The notes below the pieces were generated by a model. The model was given only the letters and a program-made list of their open reading frames with translations, had not been told where the DNA came from and searched no databases. Of a stretch of DNA of 64,000 bases, positions 53,101-63,472 are shown one piece after another; position 1 is the stretch's first letter, and the number at the start of each line of letters is the position of its first letter. The stretch spans positions 71,523,486-71,587,485 of the forward strand of contig NC_057718.1 in the NCBI RefSeq assembly GCF_004010195.1, written 5' to 3'. The translations under genes and the position numbers were made by a program. Source of the stretch: Chiloscyllium plagiosum. Lineage: Eukaryota.

Positions 53101-56100
53101 TTCAGGAAAACCAGGAGCTAGGAAGACAGCTGTCCCAGGGACGTATTGCACAACTGGAGGCTGAATTAGCTTTACAGAAGAAGTACAGTGAAGAGCTCAA
53201 AAGCAGTCAAGATGGTGAGTGGAAGTCAGTTCTTGACTACATTTGTTGGAAGGAAATACATTCTTTCAAAGTAGTGCTTTCTATAACACATATGGTAATC
53301 ACTTGTCATTTTAATGGGTAAAGACAAGGTGTGTTTTTTATACTTGGGACCCAACTCCATCTCTCCTATCTTTCTCGACTGTACTCTTGTTGAACTTCCA
53401 GACTGCTCAACCAACATCCAGTTGAACAAAATTTACGCAATGTAAAAAGAGTCATTTTTGGGTCTTCACTCCAAACTGTGATCCAGAGGTGACCACCTAG
53501 ATGTCCTAGGGATCCTCTCCCTGACAACAGGTCTGAGCTTAGTATCTGTTCTAAGCCTTTATCATATTTGACCCATGGATGAGCTTATGATCCAATTTGC
53601 ATTATCACTAAGACTGCTTGTTACCACCTCCGCAACGAGGTCTTACTTTGTCTGTCTCCACTTCTCTGTTCCAGAAATTACATTTATATCTTCTTTGTCT
53701 CTAGATCAGACTATTCCAATACATCTTTGACTGATCTCCCATATTTCACCCTCCATAAACTTGACGTTATCCAAACGCTGCTGCCCGTGACTTCACAATC
53801 AACCCATACTTGATGTATGATGTTATCCAGTCAAGTAATGCTTAATTTTAAAATTCTCATCTTTGTTTTCAAATCCCTCCTCTTCAAAGGGGAATACAGT
53901 AGAAATGCTGACAATTGCCAGTTCCTCTGACCACAGGAGAGATGCCAGAGGACTGGAGAATGGTCAGTGTGGTACATTATTCAAGGAATAAACCTGGAAA
54001 CTGCAAGCTAGTCAGTCTAACCTCTGTGATAGGGAAAATATTGGAAACAATTGAAACATAATTAATCTGCACTTGGAGAGGCATGGATTACTCAAGAATA
54101 CTCAACATGATTTTGTTAAGGGGAGGTCATGTCTAATCAACTAGTTTGAATTTTTTTTCAAAAGAGGTGACCAAATGAATAAATGAGGGCAATGCATCTG
54201 ATATAGTTTACTTGGACTTCAGCAAGACTTTTGATAAGGCCCTATATGGGAGACTGGTAGCAAAAGTAAGAGTCAATGGGATCCAAAAAGATTTGACTGA
54301 ATTTCCAGAATTTGGTGAGTGTAAGGAATGATGGTTGAGGTATTTTTGTGATTGGACTGTCCAGAGGGGTTCAGCAGAGATCAGTGTTGGGACTGATTTG
54401 TGGTATATATAAATGATTTAGACTTGAAGGTAGGAGGGTTGATCAGTAAATTCACGGGTGATATGTGAATTAGTGGATGGTAAATATTGAGGAGGATAGC
54501 CTTGGAATACAGAAGGGTACGGATGGGCTAGTAAGACGGACTGATCTTGGAATTCAGTCCAAGTATGAGGTGATGCACTTAGGCAAGAAAAATGAGACCA
54601 GGCACGATGAACATTCGGAACCTGGGCAGCACCAAGGATCAGAGGGACCTTATTGCGCATGTTCACTGGTTTCGTAGGGTTATGGGACAAATAATTGAGT
54701 CAGGTGAGATGCTTTGACCTTATTAGTCGAGGCATAGAGTTTAAGTGCATGGAGGCTAGGCTGGAACTGTTGAAAAATGGCTAGGCCACAGCTGGAGTAG
54801 TGTGTTTAGTTCCAGAATGCACATAGGGATATGATTGCAGTGGAGAGGGTACACATGAAATTTACCAGATAGATCCCTGAGATGCAGAGTTTTATTTCTG
54901 AAGAGATTGTTTGGATTGGAGTTGTTTTCCTTGGAGCAATCTTGAAGGGGTATGATTGAGATGTGTAAAATTGAGGAGCATAGACAGGGTAGACAGGGAG
55001 GGACATTTCCTCTTTGGAGGGATCAGTAATTGATGCCATAGATTTAAGGTAAAGGGCAAGAAGTTTGGGGAGATGAAGAAAACGTTTTGATCCAGAGAAT
55101 GTTTGAATCTGTGTAGTGTGACATCCGGCCATTTGGCCCATCAAGTCCACATCAAGGGATGATCTTCAGTTTGTGGGGTTAGAAGAGATTGTAAAGAAGG
55201 GAGTCATAGAAGTCAACAGTACAGGAGAAAATGTCTTCAGACCAAAGAGTCAATCCCACCCACACCCATAATCCTGCATTTCCACTGGCTAATCCACCTA
55301 GCCTGCACCTCTCTGGCCACAATGGGCTATTTAGCATGGCCAATCCGCCTAACCTGCACATCTTTGGGAGGAAACCAGAGCACCCAGAGAAAACCAGTGC
55401 AGACACGAGAATGTGTATGGCGTTTACACAGTCGCCTGAGGGTGGAATTGAACCCAGATAGCTGCTGCTGTGAGGCAGCAGTGATAACCACTGAGCCACT
55501 TTGCTGAGAGTGCTGGCATTCTGGAACTCACTGCCTGTAAGGGTGATAGAGGCAGGAACCTTCAATATTGAAGTTTTTAGATATGTACTTCCAGTGCCAA
55601 GACATACAAGGCTATGGGTCAAGTGCTGGAAAATGGGATTAGAATAGTGAAATGGTTGTTTTTGACTGGCATAGACTCTCTGATCTAAAGGACCTTTCTG
55701 CTGTACTGTAGACCTCTATGACTCCCTCCTTTGCAACCTCTTCTAACCTCTCAAATCTACAACAGCTGTGTCCCTCGTGTTCTGAACTCTTGAGTTTGCT
55801 TGATTTAGTTAGTTTCTCTAATTGTGGCTGGTGCTTTCAGTAAAATAAACCTTAAACTCTGAGCCCTCTCTTGTCCCACCCCTCTTGTCTTTCTTCATCT
55901 GATGTGATTTGTAAGGTATGGTGGTATATTTTGTTTAATGCTGCTTCTGTGAAGTGCCTTGGAATGTTTTATCATGCTAAAGTACTATATAAATGTAATT
56001 TGTTTGAAATTTAGTTCCATTTTGCTCTACAGACGTTTTGCTCATATCAATTAAAGAAATGCCAGCTTGACAATGCATTTCTGACTCAGAGGTTGAGGAC

Positions 56101-59100
56101 TAAAGCACCCTATCCAGTACTGTGGAATGTTGCATTATTAGAAGATCATCTTTTTAGTGGTGTGTTAAGAGACAGTAACCATTAAGTTACTGAAAGACCA
56201 TGTGGTGCTGTTCTGAAGTGTAAATAGTTCTGCAAATATTCCCCTCATCTACTTCAATCAGTTGCTATTTGCAGAACTTGGAACTAAATCATTATATTTC
56301 TTTGTCTAAAAATGCTACAGAAGTAAGTAATAAATATTAAACTGATATTCGGTGAAGTTGAATGAAGTAATGAGAGAGCATAATTTGCATACATAGTAAC
56401 TTTTGGATCCTGAAGATTTATTCAACTGCAGGTTGGCTTTTTCCCAGAACTGGGAATAAATTGCATCCTGTTGAACCAGACAGAAAATGAGAGAAAATAA
56501 GCTCAGAAATGAGGGATTTTTGAATAAAATCTTTCATTATCATAAGATACTGTAATATATTAAAATTCTTATTACCATTGATGTAGTTTGAGACAAATAT
56601 TTCAGTCTCCCGGAAATTTACTTCGTATCCTGCCAAAATGGTTCATCGTGGATGACGAAAGTCCTACAGTCTGTCTTCATAAACAGTTATTCTGCCATTA
56701 GTATGCATTGGTTTCCTGATCTTTTACAATGACTAAAGCTCATTAAAAAAATAAATTACAGCCACATTTAATTAGGGAAAGCCTGGGTTTATATTGGCCA
56801 GATCGTCCTTAGCCTTTTTTTTTGATAATGTTGGGTTAGACTAAGGAAAATGATGTTACAGATAAATTTTCAAAAGACCTTTTGTATTCATTTGGATGTG
56901 GATGTCACTCTCATATCAGCATTTATTGTATGAGGACAGTTAAGAGTTGACCACATTGCTATTAGTGTGGAGTGACATCTAGCCAGACCAAGTAGAGACA
57001 ACAGCTTCCTTTCCTAAAAGACACTGGTGAACCAGAAGGGTTTTTCCAACAATTGATGATTTTGTGATCATCTTGATTCCAGCACTCTTATCAAATTCAG
57101 GACCTCAATATTTTGTCAGTCTCTCGATTAGTAGTCTCGTGATAATACCATTAGGCCATTGCCTTTCTTAAAGCATCACAGAAAAATTTGTTGCCAGAGG
57201 TTTATATCACGAAAGGCACTACAGCTGCAGAGGTCTGGAGATGACATCGAATTGGAAAACAGTAGAATGGAAACTAAACGGCATGATACTGGAAATCTGA
57301 AGTAAAACCAAAACCCATTGACAAATGTGGAGAGAGAAGCCAAGTTAATGTTTTGAGTTAAATATGACTCTTTTGAAGAGTGAAGAGATGTAGGTGCTAG
57401 TGTACTCTGGGTTCTCAGCTGGAATCTCTTTCTGATGTACCTATATAAGTAGCATTGATGATAAGCATGGAAGGCGTTCCATTAAATTTACAAATTACAA
57501 AGCTGCAGGACATGCTTGCTGTCAATGAGAAATGTCTGCAATTTGGCAGAATTCAATTTTTTTGGATCACAGAGTTTCATCTTTTCCATTTTCTTTACAA
57601 CTTCTGGCTCACATTAGCTGCTGCCCATTTTCAAGTGCCAGTGTGGATCCAATGGTATCAGAGGTAATGTTTTGACGTGGTTAGAGAATTAGGCAAAAGT
57701 GACGACTGAAGATGCTGGAAATCAGAGTTTAGATCAGAGTGGTGCTGGAAAAGCACAGCAGGTCAGGCAGCATCAGGGTGGAGAAATAAATGGGGGGGGG
57801 GAGAAAGGTAGCAAAGAGTCTTCAGAGCAGAGGAGATGATCTGGGGGTTGCAGTGAGAGAGACTCACTGAGATTCTTGTGGAGAGAGGAGGAGAACTTCT
57901 TCAAGGTAGGCATCCTTGCAAGAGGATTTGCAGTAAGGTTAAAATCAACTGGAGAATTGATTGGCTGACAGAGCAGAGAATTGGAATAAATGGGTCCTTT
58001 TCAAAGTGGCAGGCAGTGACAAGTGGGGTGCTGCAGGGTTCAGTGCTGGAACCTCATCTGTTCACAAATGCATTAACAACTGAGACAAAGGAATTGAATG
58101 CAATATTTCCAAATTTGCAGATGACATTGAGCTGGGTGGCAGTGTGTGCTGTGAGGAGGATGCTGGCTCAGTAGGCAAATACTTGGCAAATGCAGTAAAA
58201 TGTGGATAAATATGAGGTTCTCCATGTTTTTGGCTGCAAAAGCAGGAAGACAGATCGTTAGTGGCAGCAGTTCAGGGAAAGGTGAGATGCAACGAGACCT
58301 GGGTGTCATGGTGGAGCTGTCACTGAAGGTTGGCATGCAGATGTAGCAGATGGTGAGCAAAGCTAGTGGCATGCTGGCCTTCATAGCAAGCTGATTTGAG
58401 TATCAGAATAAGAATTTCTTGCACTTTTCCAGGATCTTGGTAAGGCTACACCTTGAGTATTGTGTGCAGTTTTGGTCTCCTTGTTTGAGGAAGGACATGT
58501 TTTGCTATTGAGGAATTCCAGCAAAGATTCACTAGATTGAAGCCTGGGTTGGCAGGAATGATGTGAGGAAAGTCTGGATCCACTGGGCTTGTACTCATAT
58601 AGGAATTTAGACGAAAGAGGGTGGGAGGGGTGGGGTGGAGAGTCTCTCAGAAACATATACAATCCTGATGGGACAGGACAGGCTAGATGTGGGAAGAATG
58701 TTCCCAAGTTGAAGTCCAGAACTAGGGATCACAGTCTAAGAATAAGGGGTAAGCCATGCAGGACTGAGATGAGGAAGAATTTCTTCACTAGGAGTTGTGA
58801 ACCTGTGGAATCCTCTTCATAGGAAACTGTTGGGGCCAGTTCATCAGATATTTTCAAGAGGAAGCTGAACATGGCCCTTGCCGCTAAAGGGATCAAGGGG
58901 TATAGAGAGAAAGCTGGAATATGATACTGAGATTGCTTGATCAGCTAGACTGCTATTAAGTCTTAGTCACTTAGAATGGTAAATGATTAAGAATTAATAG
59001 CAATCTAGGTTTGTTCAATTTATCACATCAGTTGTATGACACTTTGATGTTTTGCTATAAATTCTGTGTCCTATGATCCTGCCCCACTAGCTACCTGATG

Positions 59101-62100
59101 AAGGAGCAGTGCTCCGAAAGCTTGGACTTCCAAATAAACCTGTTGGACTATATCCTGGTGTTTGATTTTTAACAAGGTATTTTCTAAACAACCTGTTCAG
59201 AAATATTATTACAATGGTCTGGAGCAAATGGGACTTGAACCCAAGTCTCCTGGCTCAGAAGTACAGCTGCTACCACTGTGCCACAAGAGCCATTGATTCT
59301 CAGGATAGATGTTTTTAATCAACTGTTGAGAATGTTCTTCAAGATAGTATCACAGACCCAGCCATCTTTGCTTCGTCAGTGATTGTCCTTCCATCATGAA
59401 GTCAGAAGTGGGGATATTTGAATAAATTAGACTGAAGGTACTGGACATTGTTCAGTATTGCACTTGTAACATTTGTGCCACACAAGCCCATACAAGAGCA
59501 TCTCCAACAAGAGAGAATCTAATCATCCACTCTTGCTATTCAATAGCAGAGCCCTCTCTAAATCCCTGCAATCAATATGTGGGGATTACCATTTACTAGA
59601 AACTAAACTGAACGTCTAATTACTGTTCCTACAAGAGTAGGTCAGTCAGAAAATTCTGCAGCAGGTTCTCATTTGTTGTCCGAAAGCCTGTCCAATATTT
59701 AAAAAGGCCAAGAGTGTGGTGCTGGAAAAGTGCAGCCGGTCAGGCAGCATCCATGGAGAAGGAGAATCGACGTTTCTGAATTCCTGAAGAAAAGCTTTTG
59801 CCCAAAACTTAGATTCTCCTGCTCCTCGGGTGCTGCCTGACTGGCTGTGCTGTTCCAGCATCACACTCTTAACTCTGATCTCTAGCATCTGCAGTCCTCA
59901 CTTTCTCCAATATTAAAATGGTCTGAGTCTGAAATCTGATGTTATAATCTGCACTTTCTTGATTAATGTCAGTCCAATAACATTAGAGAAGCTCATCCTG
60001 CTTGATTGGTACTCCATCCGCCATCTTTATTATTCACTCCCTGGACAGTCCATGAAAAGTGGCAGCAGGGTACAGTATATTCAGTTACCACTGCAGCTAA
60101 GCCTATTTTTAACAGCATCCAAGCCTTCAATCTCTCCCATCTGGTAAGTGTAAATCAACTGACGTGTGGATCTGGAATTTTCCCTACCAAGCCGCCCAAA
60201 CTTTGAACTGTATTGCCTTTCCTCCTGTTTCAAAATCCTGGAACCACATGCCCTCCAAACCTTCTGTTCCTTACGTTAAATCTATGTCTGTTGTCATTGA
60301 TTCCTCCACCAACAGAGTTTTTTCCAGCCTACCCTAATTGTGCACCTCACAATTTTATATAACTTAAGGAGTAAATGAAAAGGAAAAATAAAGAATTTGC
60401 CAGTTCAGTGGCTTCACGATGGGTATTATCCTTCAGAACATAGAACATTGTAGTGCAGTACAGGCCTTTGGCCCTCACTGTTGCACCGACCTGTGAAACC
60501 AATCTGAAGCCCATCTAACCTGCGTTATTCCATTTTCATCCATATGTCTATCCGATGACCACTTAAATGCCCATAAAGTTGGTGCGTCAACTACAGTTAC
60601 AGGCAGGCTGTTCCACGCCCTGAGTAAAGAAACTGCCTCTGACATCTGTCCTATATCTATCGCCCTTCAGTTTAAAGCTATGTCCCCTCGTGCTAGCCAT
60701 CACCACCTAAGGAAAAAGGCACTTGCTGTCCACCCTATCTAACCCTCTGATTATCTTACATGTCTCAATTAAGTCACCTCTCAACCTCCTCTCTAATGAA
60801 AACAGCCTTGAGTCCCTCATGCTTTTTACATAAGACCTTCCTTCCATATCAGGCAACATCCTAGTAAATCTTCTCTGAACCTTTTCCAAAGCTTCCACAC
60901 CCTTCCTATAATGAAGTGACCAGAACTGTATGCAGTGCTCCAAGTGAGGCCACACCAGAGCTACAGCATGACCTCATGGCTTTGAAACTCAATCCCTCTA
61001 CTAATAAAAGCTAATACACCGTATGCTTTCTTAACAACCCTATTTACATGGGTGGTAACTTCCAGGGATCTGTGGACATGGATACTGAGATCTCTCTGCT
61101 CATCTACACTACCATTAGCCCAGTACTCTTTATTCCTGTTGCTTCTTCCAAAGTAAATCACCTCTCACTTTTCCGTATTAAATTCTTATTTGCCACCTCT
61201 TAGCCTAGCTCTGCAGTTTATCTACGTCCCTCTGTAACCCACAACATCCTTCGGCACTATCCACCACTCTACCGACCTTCGTGTCATCCGCAAATTTACT
61301 AACCCATCTTCCTACGCCCTCATCCAGTTAATTTGTCCTTGAACAGTATGTTGTATTCTAAGTGTACGTCTTGCTTGAATTTGAGTTACCGATTCATGCA
61401 GACAACTTCCACGGACAGCTGGAGACTTCTACTTATGTCTTATAGATGTGTTTTTTTTTCTTCAAAACCTTTCAATAGTTCTTTAACTGGGTTAAAACTT
61501 GGGAGAGTAAAATTCAAAACAGCTTCCAGTCTAGCAGCTTCTGCATGCTCAGCCTTCTGCCCAAAACCCAGAATGAATCAATTCAAACTATGGTTTCTTT
61601 TTCTTTTCCAACGTTTGACAACACTGGTCTGTCCTGATAGACCTATTCAGCATCCAATCAGCTGCCAATCTCTGAGTGCACATCTCTGTACTGAAATAAA
61701 TGGTGTTTTAGGAGCAGTAATGAACCTCCAATTATTTCTCCTGGCCAGTTCCTGTAAACAAACATCAGTTTGGACATTTTTACTCCCTTTCCAAAACAAG
61801 TTGTTCTCAAAGCTATCAATGTTCAATACTCAAATCCAAACCAAAATTGAGAAGAATAAAAGCAAAATAAAGGTCTCAACAAACTTGTAAGTATTAGTGT
61901 TCTCTAGCATCTGTTGCCCTTGCCCCTCTGGGTAATAGAGGTTGTTGGTTTTGAAAGATATCTTCAAAAGAGGCTTGGTAAGGAACTGCATTGCTTCTTG
62001 TGGATGGTTGATACCCTGTGATGGGGTGGCAGTTGAGTGGGTTGTTTTGCTCTGGATCATGTTTTGTTGGAGCTGCACCCATCCAAGTAATGAGTATTGC

Positions 62101-63472
62101 AACAAGTTCCTGATTTGTGCCTTTTAGATGGTGAACAGGAATTGAGGAAATAGCAGTTATTCAACAGCAGTTACTCCCTCAGAATTCCTAGCTCCTCTCC
62201 AAATTTTATAGCCATAGTACTTTTAAGGCTGATCCATTTGGTTTCTTGTCAATAATAACCCCAATGTTAGTGGAAGATTCAGTAATGGTAATGCTGCTGA
62301 GCATCAAGTGGTGATGGTTATCAGAGATACTCAGTGCTTATCACTTGCATGCTACAGATCTTGATTATCTAATGCCTTCTATGGCAAATGTTTCTTGTCA
62401 TTTGTTGGTCTGCACCTGGATGCTCTCCAGGTCTTGCAGCATCAATGATTGATTCAATAACTTGATGGTTGTGAATCCTGCACTTGTCTTTGAACATACC
62501 CACTTGGAATAGAGGGATAATGTAATAAATAGCTGGAACAAGTAGGGATGTTGTCTAATAATCTTGACAAATGTAATTTTTGAATAAATGTTCATTGAGT
62601 CCTTATGAAGTAAAAATTATTTTAGGAAGATCCAAACTTTGACTTTTTAATAATCGAGAAACATTTTCATACTAATACTTTAATTGGATTTAAAATAGCT
62701 TTTTTAGTTTATTCAAATTTAACATTGCTTTTAAAGGTAGTAATACTTTAGTTTTCTTGTGTGTTGCATGATTGTTGCAGCAGTATTTTCTCTGATATAA
62801 AATGTCTTGATGTTTTCAAAAGATTCTCAACTCCCACTTAGTGATTTTTTTTATATCTATTTCTGTATAGAGCTGAATGATTTCATTATCCAGCTTGATG
62901 AGGAGGTGGAAGGGATGCAAAGCACTATCATGGTTCTGCAGCAGCAGCTGAAAGAGGCACGCCAGCAGCTGGCTCAACTTCAAGGACAGCAGCATCATCA
63001 GGTGTTACTGTCAGGCACTAGTAGGACTCCAGCCCCTGAGCCTTCTACACAACGGGAAGGCATTACTAAAGACTGCAGCCGCCTTGTGAATGGACCAACC
63101 AATGGCGATTCATCCCCACAAGGGAGAGCTGCAGCTGCCTTTCAAGACCAGACCAATCTTTACAGAGAGTTAAGCAGCACAGAGGATGATTTCCTGTCAT
63201 CTCCAGGCAGTGGGAATAAACTTTCAAACCACAGTGAAGAAAGGTTGGACCAAGTAGGCAGCAGTAACGTGTATCAGCTAGGTGCTGGATATGAGAGTGT
63301 AGACTCCCCCACTGGTAGCGAGAACTCTCTTACTCAGCACTCAAATGACACAGACTCCATCAATGACCCTCAGGAAGATAAACCATTTGTTGTGAAAGGT
63401 ACCAGAACTATGGGTTCCCGCCACATTCAGAATGGGTTGGACTCAGTCAGCACAAAGGGGTCAGTTTTGTAA
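17143..63472 (+). CDS. WTAP: WTAP, pre-mRNA-splicing regulator / m6A methyltransferase complex subunit (Fl(2)d homolog); spliced CDS join(17143..17172,17263..17318,21557..21615,31855..31982,48746..48924,53060..53214,62871..63472), 1209 nt, 402 aa
   Basis: Manual splicing gives one open frame MTNEEPLPKKVRLSESDFK...RRENILVMRLATKEQEMQECT...LSAWKFTPDSQTGKKLMAKCRMLIQENQELG...ELNDFIIQLDEEVEGMQST...GSVL*, recognisable as vertebrate WTAP. All introns are GT-AG and phases match (30+56+59+128+179+155+602 nt). Confidence 0.98.
17263..17318 (+). CDS. WTAP: WTAP exon 3, VRLSESDFKTLSRDELCS(R)
   Basis: Acceptor ttcctctcttcacaatag|GTTCGC; donor CCAG|gtattg; preceded by a 90-nt intron. Confidence 0.96.
20255..20462 (+). 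mobile_element. Diverged 5'-truncated HE1/V-SINE-like copy
   Basis: GGTTCCTTCCTACAGTCTGAGGATCTGCAGGTTAGGTAGATGGGCTGTGCTAAATTGCCC matches the family core. Confidence 0.7.
21557..21615 (+). CDS. WTAP: WTAP exon 4, (R)WKQQEVYVHALETKCSELS
   Basis: Acceptor cccttccttcctctag|ATGG; donor AGCT|gtaagt; 59 nt, in phase with neighbouring exons. Confidence 0.96.
22195..22365 (-). mobile_element. CR1 3' tail fragment
   Basis: Reverse-complement similarity to the CR1 3' end at about 27400-27565 (GTACAGGCCCTTTGGCCCTCGATGTTGCACCG). Confidence 0.75.
22398..22626 (+). mobile_element. HE1/V-SINE-like SINE spanning a 103-N gap (22460-22562)
   Basis: GGCGGCACGGTGGCACAGTGGTTAGCACTGCTGCC (A box), GGGTTCAA (B box), and 3' tail CCGAAGGGCCTGTTTCCACACTGTAAG(TAATC)n. 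Confidence 0.9.
23521..24066 (+). repeat. Copy 2 of the ~0.55-kb inverted duplicated segment (intron 4)
   Basis: Collinear reverse-complement match to 5000-5545. Confidence 0.9.
24084..24310 (+). mobile_element. 5'-truncated HE1/V-SINE-like SINE
   Basis: GTGTGGAGTTTGCACATTTTCCCCGTGTCTGCGTGGGTTTCCTCCGGG core and (TAATC)n tail. Confidence 0.9.
24311..24870 (-). mobile_element. CR1 3' fragment
   Basis: ORF 24402..24707 has RLGLFALERRMLKGDLKEVYKI...AWNMLP. Confidence 0.85.
24871..27565 (+). mobile_element. CR1 LINE, near-complete ORF2 (EN and RT) with frameshifts, plus 3' tail
   Basis: GGGVALL, VVMGDFNYPNIDW, LDLVL and SDHN (EN); [34 protein letters not shown] and HLEYCVQFWSP (RT). Confidence 0.95.
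27575..30010 (-). mobile_element. CR1 LINE 5' half (EN, ORF1 remnants, probable 5'UTR) with a nested SINE
   Basis: ORF 27937..28203 (FRQDREGVKKGGGVALLV..YYRPPN) and ORF 28204..28479 (CICFNARNV..DVIDITET); boundaries approximate. Confidence 0.8.
28401..28703 (-). mobile_element. HE1/V-SINE-like SINE nested in a CR1
   Basis: Full A/B box head, central domain and tail on the reverse strand. Confidence 0.92.
30150..30570 (-). mobile_element. CR1 endonuclease fragment
   Basis: ORF 30310..30525 has IQEGFLTQYIKSPTREGVILDLALGNE. Confidence 0.8.
31454..31624. repeat. Old imperfect fold-back repeat, probably PLE-terminal-derived, about 230 nt upstream of exon 5
   Basis: AAACAAAATCAGAAATTGCTGGAAAAACACAGGTTTG..CATCT versus AGATG..CAAATCTGTTGAATTTCTGCAGCAGTTTCTGTTTTTGTTT. 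Confidence 0.6.
31855..31982 (+). CDS. WTAP: WTAP exon 5, (S)NDVSGLRESEEKLKQQQHESARRENILVMRLATKEQEMQECT
   Basis: Lies within ORF 31785..32036; acceptor gtgatag|CAAAT; donor ACT|gtaagt; 128 nt. Confidence 0.98.
32886..33042. mobile_element. Small MITE with pogo/Tigger-like terminal inverted repeats
   Basis: Left end CAGAAGAACCTCGATTATCC; right end GGATAACAGAGGTTCCTCTA followed by TA. Confidence 0.6.
33044..33357 (-). mobile_element. Young full-length HE1/V-SINE-like SINE
   Basis: Nearly identical (reverse complement) to 44263-44580; intact A/B boxes and (TAATC)n tail. Confidence 0.95.
34394..34466 (-). mobile_element. 73-bp PLE-derived insertion (family D), essentially a hammerhead motif plus a short tail
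   Basis: 14-bp TSD AGGTGAAAATGTTT (34380-34393 and 34467-34480); reverse complement CUGAUGA u guuaccu agcc agguaau GAAA UG UC. Confidence 0.8.
35375..35855 (+). mobile_element. Penelope-like element 3' fragment (GIY-YIG plus terminal repeat, family A)
   Basis: FTCTSTNVVFCIHCIRCGLHYVRETGRQLEDR (ORF 35246) and LQEENHLFCLGTLQLHRINVDF (ORF 35346). Confidence 0.88.
35762..35797 (+). ncRNA. Minimal hammerhead ribozyme motif (family A)
   Basis: auuc CUGAUGA a gggc uuau gccc GAAA CA UC gauu. Core intact; the ACGU palindrome has decayed to ACAU. Confidence 0.72.
35965..37500 (-). mobile_element. Decayed CR1 RT and 3' end
   Basis: ORF 36522..36947 has [26 protein letters not shown]. Confidence 0.88.
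37710..39472 (-). mobile_element. CR1 RT and 3' end with a nested SINE (38333-38630)
   Basis: ORF 38698..39126 ([24 protein letters not shown]) and ORF 38025..38330 (PHLEYCVQFWSP); SINE head and tail in reverse orientation. Confidence 0.92.
44083..44117 (-). ncRNA. Minimal hammerhead ribozyme motif (family B), perfect copy, in a PLE-terminal fragment at about 44031-44195
   Basis: Reverse complement: cac CUGAUGA a ggagc guc gcucc GAAA GC UA gug. All core bases, a 5-bp stem II, AGCU palindrome and stem I are intact. Confidence 0.82.
44263..44580 (+). mobile_element. Young full-length HE1/V-SINE-like SINE
   Basis: A box TGGCACAGTGG, B box GGTTCAATTCC, central domain, CR1-like tail and (TAATC)n. 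Confidence 0.95.
44808..45074. repeat. Near-identical ~132-bp tandem duplication inside the CR1
   Basis: CACTTACCCTGTCTTATTTTCCAAGAGTAGG...CTCTCTATTTA starts at both 44823 and 44955; visible as a repeated peptide in ORF 44611..45075. Confidence 0.95.
46767..47053. mobile_element. 287-bp fold-back PLE-derived insertion (family B) with two oppositely oriented hammerhead motifs (46857-46891 minus, 46967-47002 plus)
   Basis: Inverted arms of about 115 bp (about 46800-46918 and 46939-47055); 12-bp TSD TTGTTTAAAACA (46755-46766 and 47054-47065). Confidence 0.9.
47726..47900. mobile_element. 175-bp fold-back PLE-derived insertion (family A) with a damaged hammerhead in the loop
   Basis: 15-bp TSD ATCTGTATCAAATGA (47711-47725 and 47901-47915); arms TCTAGATTAGAGTGGTGCTGGAAAAG..GCAGCATCC and GGATGCTGC..CTTTTCCAGCACCACTCTAATCTAGA; loop caGATGAAGGGCTTTTGCCCGAAACGTT. 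Confidence 0.88.
48021..48262 (+). mobile_element. Diverged HE1/V-SINE-like SINE
   Basis: TTAGCACTGTTGCC..GGGTTCAATTCC..GTGGAGTTTGCATGTTCT core. Confidence 0.8.
48746..48924 (+). CDS. WTAP: WTAP exon 6, NQIQYLKQVQLPSAAQLRSTLVDPAINLFFLKMKTELEQTKDKLEQAQNELSAWKFTPD(S)
   Basis: Acceptor ttttattttcaacag|AACCAG; donor GATAG|gtaaac; 179 nt. Read by hand, since the ORF track does not show this frame. Confidence 0.98.
49139..49217 (+). CDS. WTAP: Putative alternative terminal exon of WTAP in intron 6, (R)GLKESDSSKELACIQPKKFLPSLDT*, giving a 176-aa isoform
   Basis: Strong acceptor ctttttgccccttctacttcag| 214 nt after the exon 6 donor; phase-compatible with exon 6; resembles the alternative human C-terminus as I recall it (RGLMASDYSEEVA...). 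Confidence 0.65.
50230..50235 (+). promoter_or_regulatory. Candidate intronic polyA signal for short WTAP isoforms (another AATAAA at 49239-49244)
   Basis: AATAAA hexamers in intron 6 downstream of the read-through stop; actual use cannot be judged from sequence. Confidence 0.35.
53060..53214 (+). CDS. WTAP: WTAP exon 7, (S)QTGKKLMAKCRMLIQENQELGRQLSQGRIAQLEAELALQKKYSEELKSSQD(E)
   Basis: Lies within ORF 52947..53321; acceptor gtctgtctttacag|CCAA; donor GATG|gtgagt; 155 nt; coiled-coil core. Confidence 0.98.
53450..56005 (+). mobile_element. L2-like LINE 3' fragment (about 53450-53880 and 55720-56005) split by a decayed CR1 (about 53890-55720) that itself contains a reverse SINE (about 55205-55505)
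   Basis: L2-type 3' end CTGTGAAGTGCCTTGG...TATATAAATGTAATTTGTT; CR1 RT DNA motifs (GACTTCAGCAAGACTTTTGATAAGG); SINE core in reverse orientation. Confidence 0.6.
57700..57950 (-). mobile_element. PLE terminal fragment (family A-related) without a hammerhead
   Basis: GATGCTGGAAATCAGAG..AGAGTGGTGCTGGAAAAGCACAGCAGGTCAGGCAGCATC is shared with the 13295-13360 and 47745-47810 regions. Confidence 0.65.
57951..58940 (+). mobile_element. Decayed CR1 RT and 3' end
   Basis: INGSFSKWQAVTSGVLQGSVLEPHLF in ORF 57878; TRDHSLRIRGKP..RKNFFT in ORF 58589. Confidence 0.85.
59092..59126 (+). ncRNA. Minimal hammerhead motif (family B variant) in a PLE-terminal fragment at about 58960-59172
   Basis: uac CUGAUGA a ggagc agu gcucc GAAA GC UU gga. 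Core and stem II intact; stem I damaged. Confidence 0.65.
59710..59905. mobile_element. Older fold-back PLE-derived insertion (family A) with a degenerate hammerhead
   Basis: Arms AAGAGTGTGGTGCTGGAA..GGAGAATC and GATTCTCC..TTCCAGCATCACACTCTT; degenerate direct repeat TCCAATATT(T)AAAA at 59691 and 59906. Confidence 0.78.
60435..61327 (-). mobile_element. CR1 3' fragment
   Basis: ORF 60707..60955 (WPHLEHCIQFWS..RRFTRMLP) and ORF 60961..61161. Confidence 0.9.
62871..63472 (+). CDS. WTAP: WTAP last exon (exon 8) coding part, (E)LNDFIIQLDEEVEGMQST...DSVSTKGSVL*
   Basis: Lies within ORF 62807..63472; acceptor ctatttctgtatag|AGCTG; Ser/Gly-rich C-terminus with GYESVDSPTGSENSLT; TAA stop. Confidence 0.98.

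Noticed and set aside
61333..61890. 185-aa ORF in intron 7
   Set aside because: Non-ATG start, no recognisable domain, and no splice signals that fit the WTAP frame; probably chance or decayed repeat.
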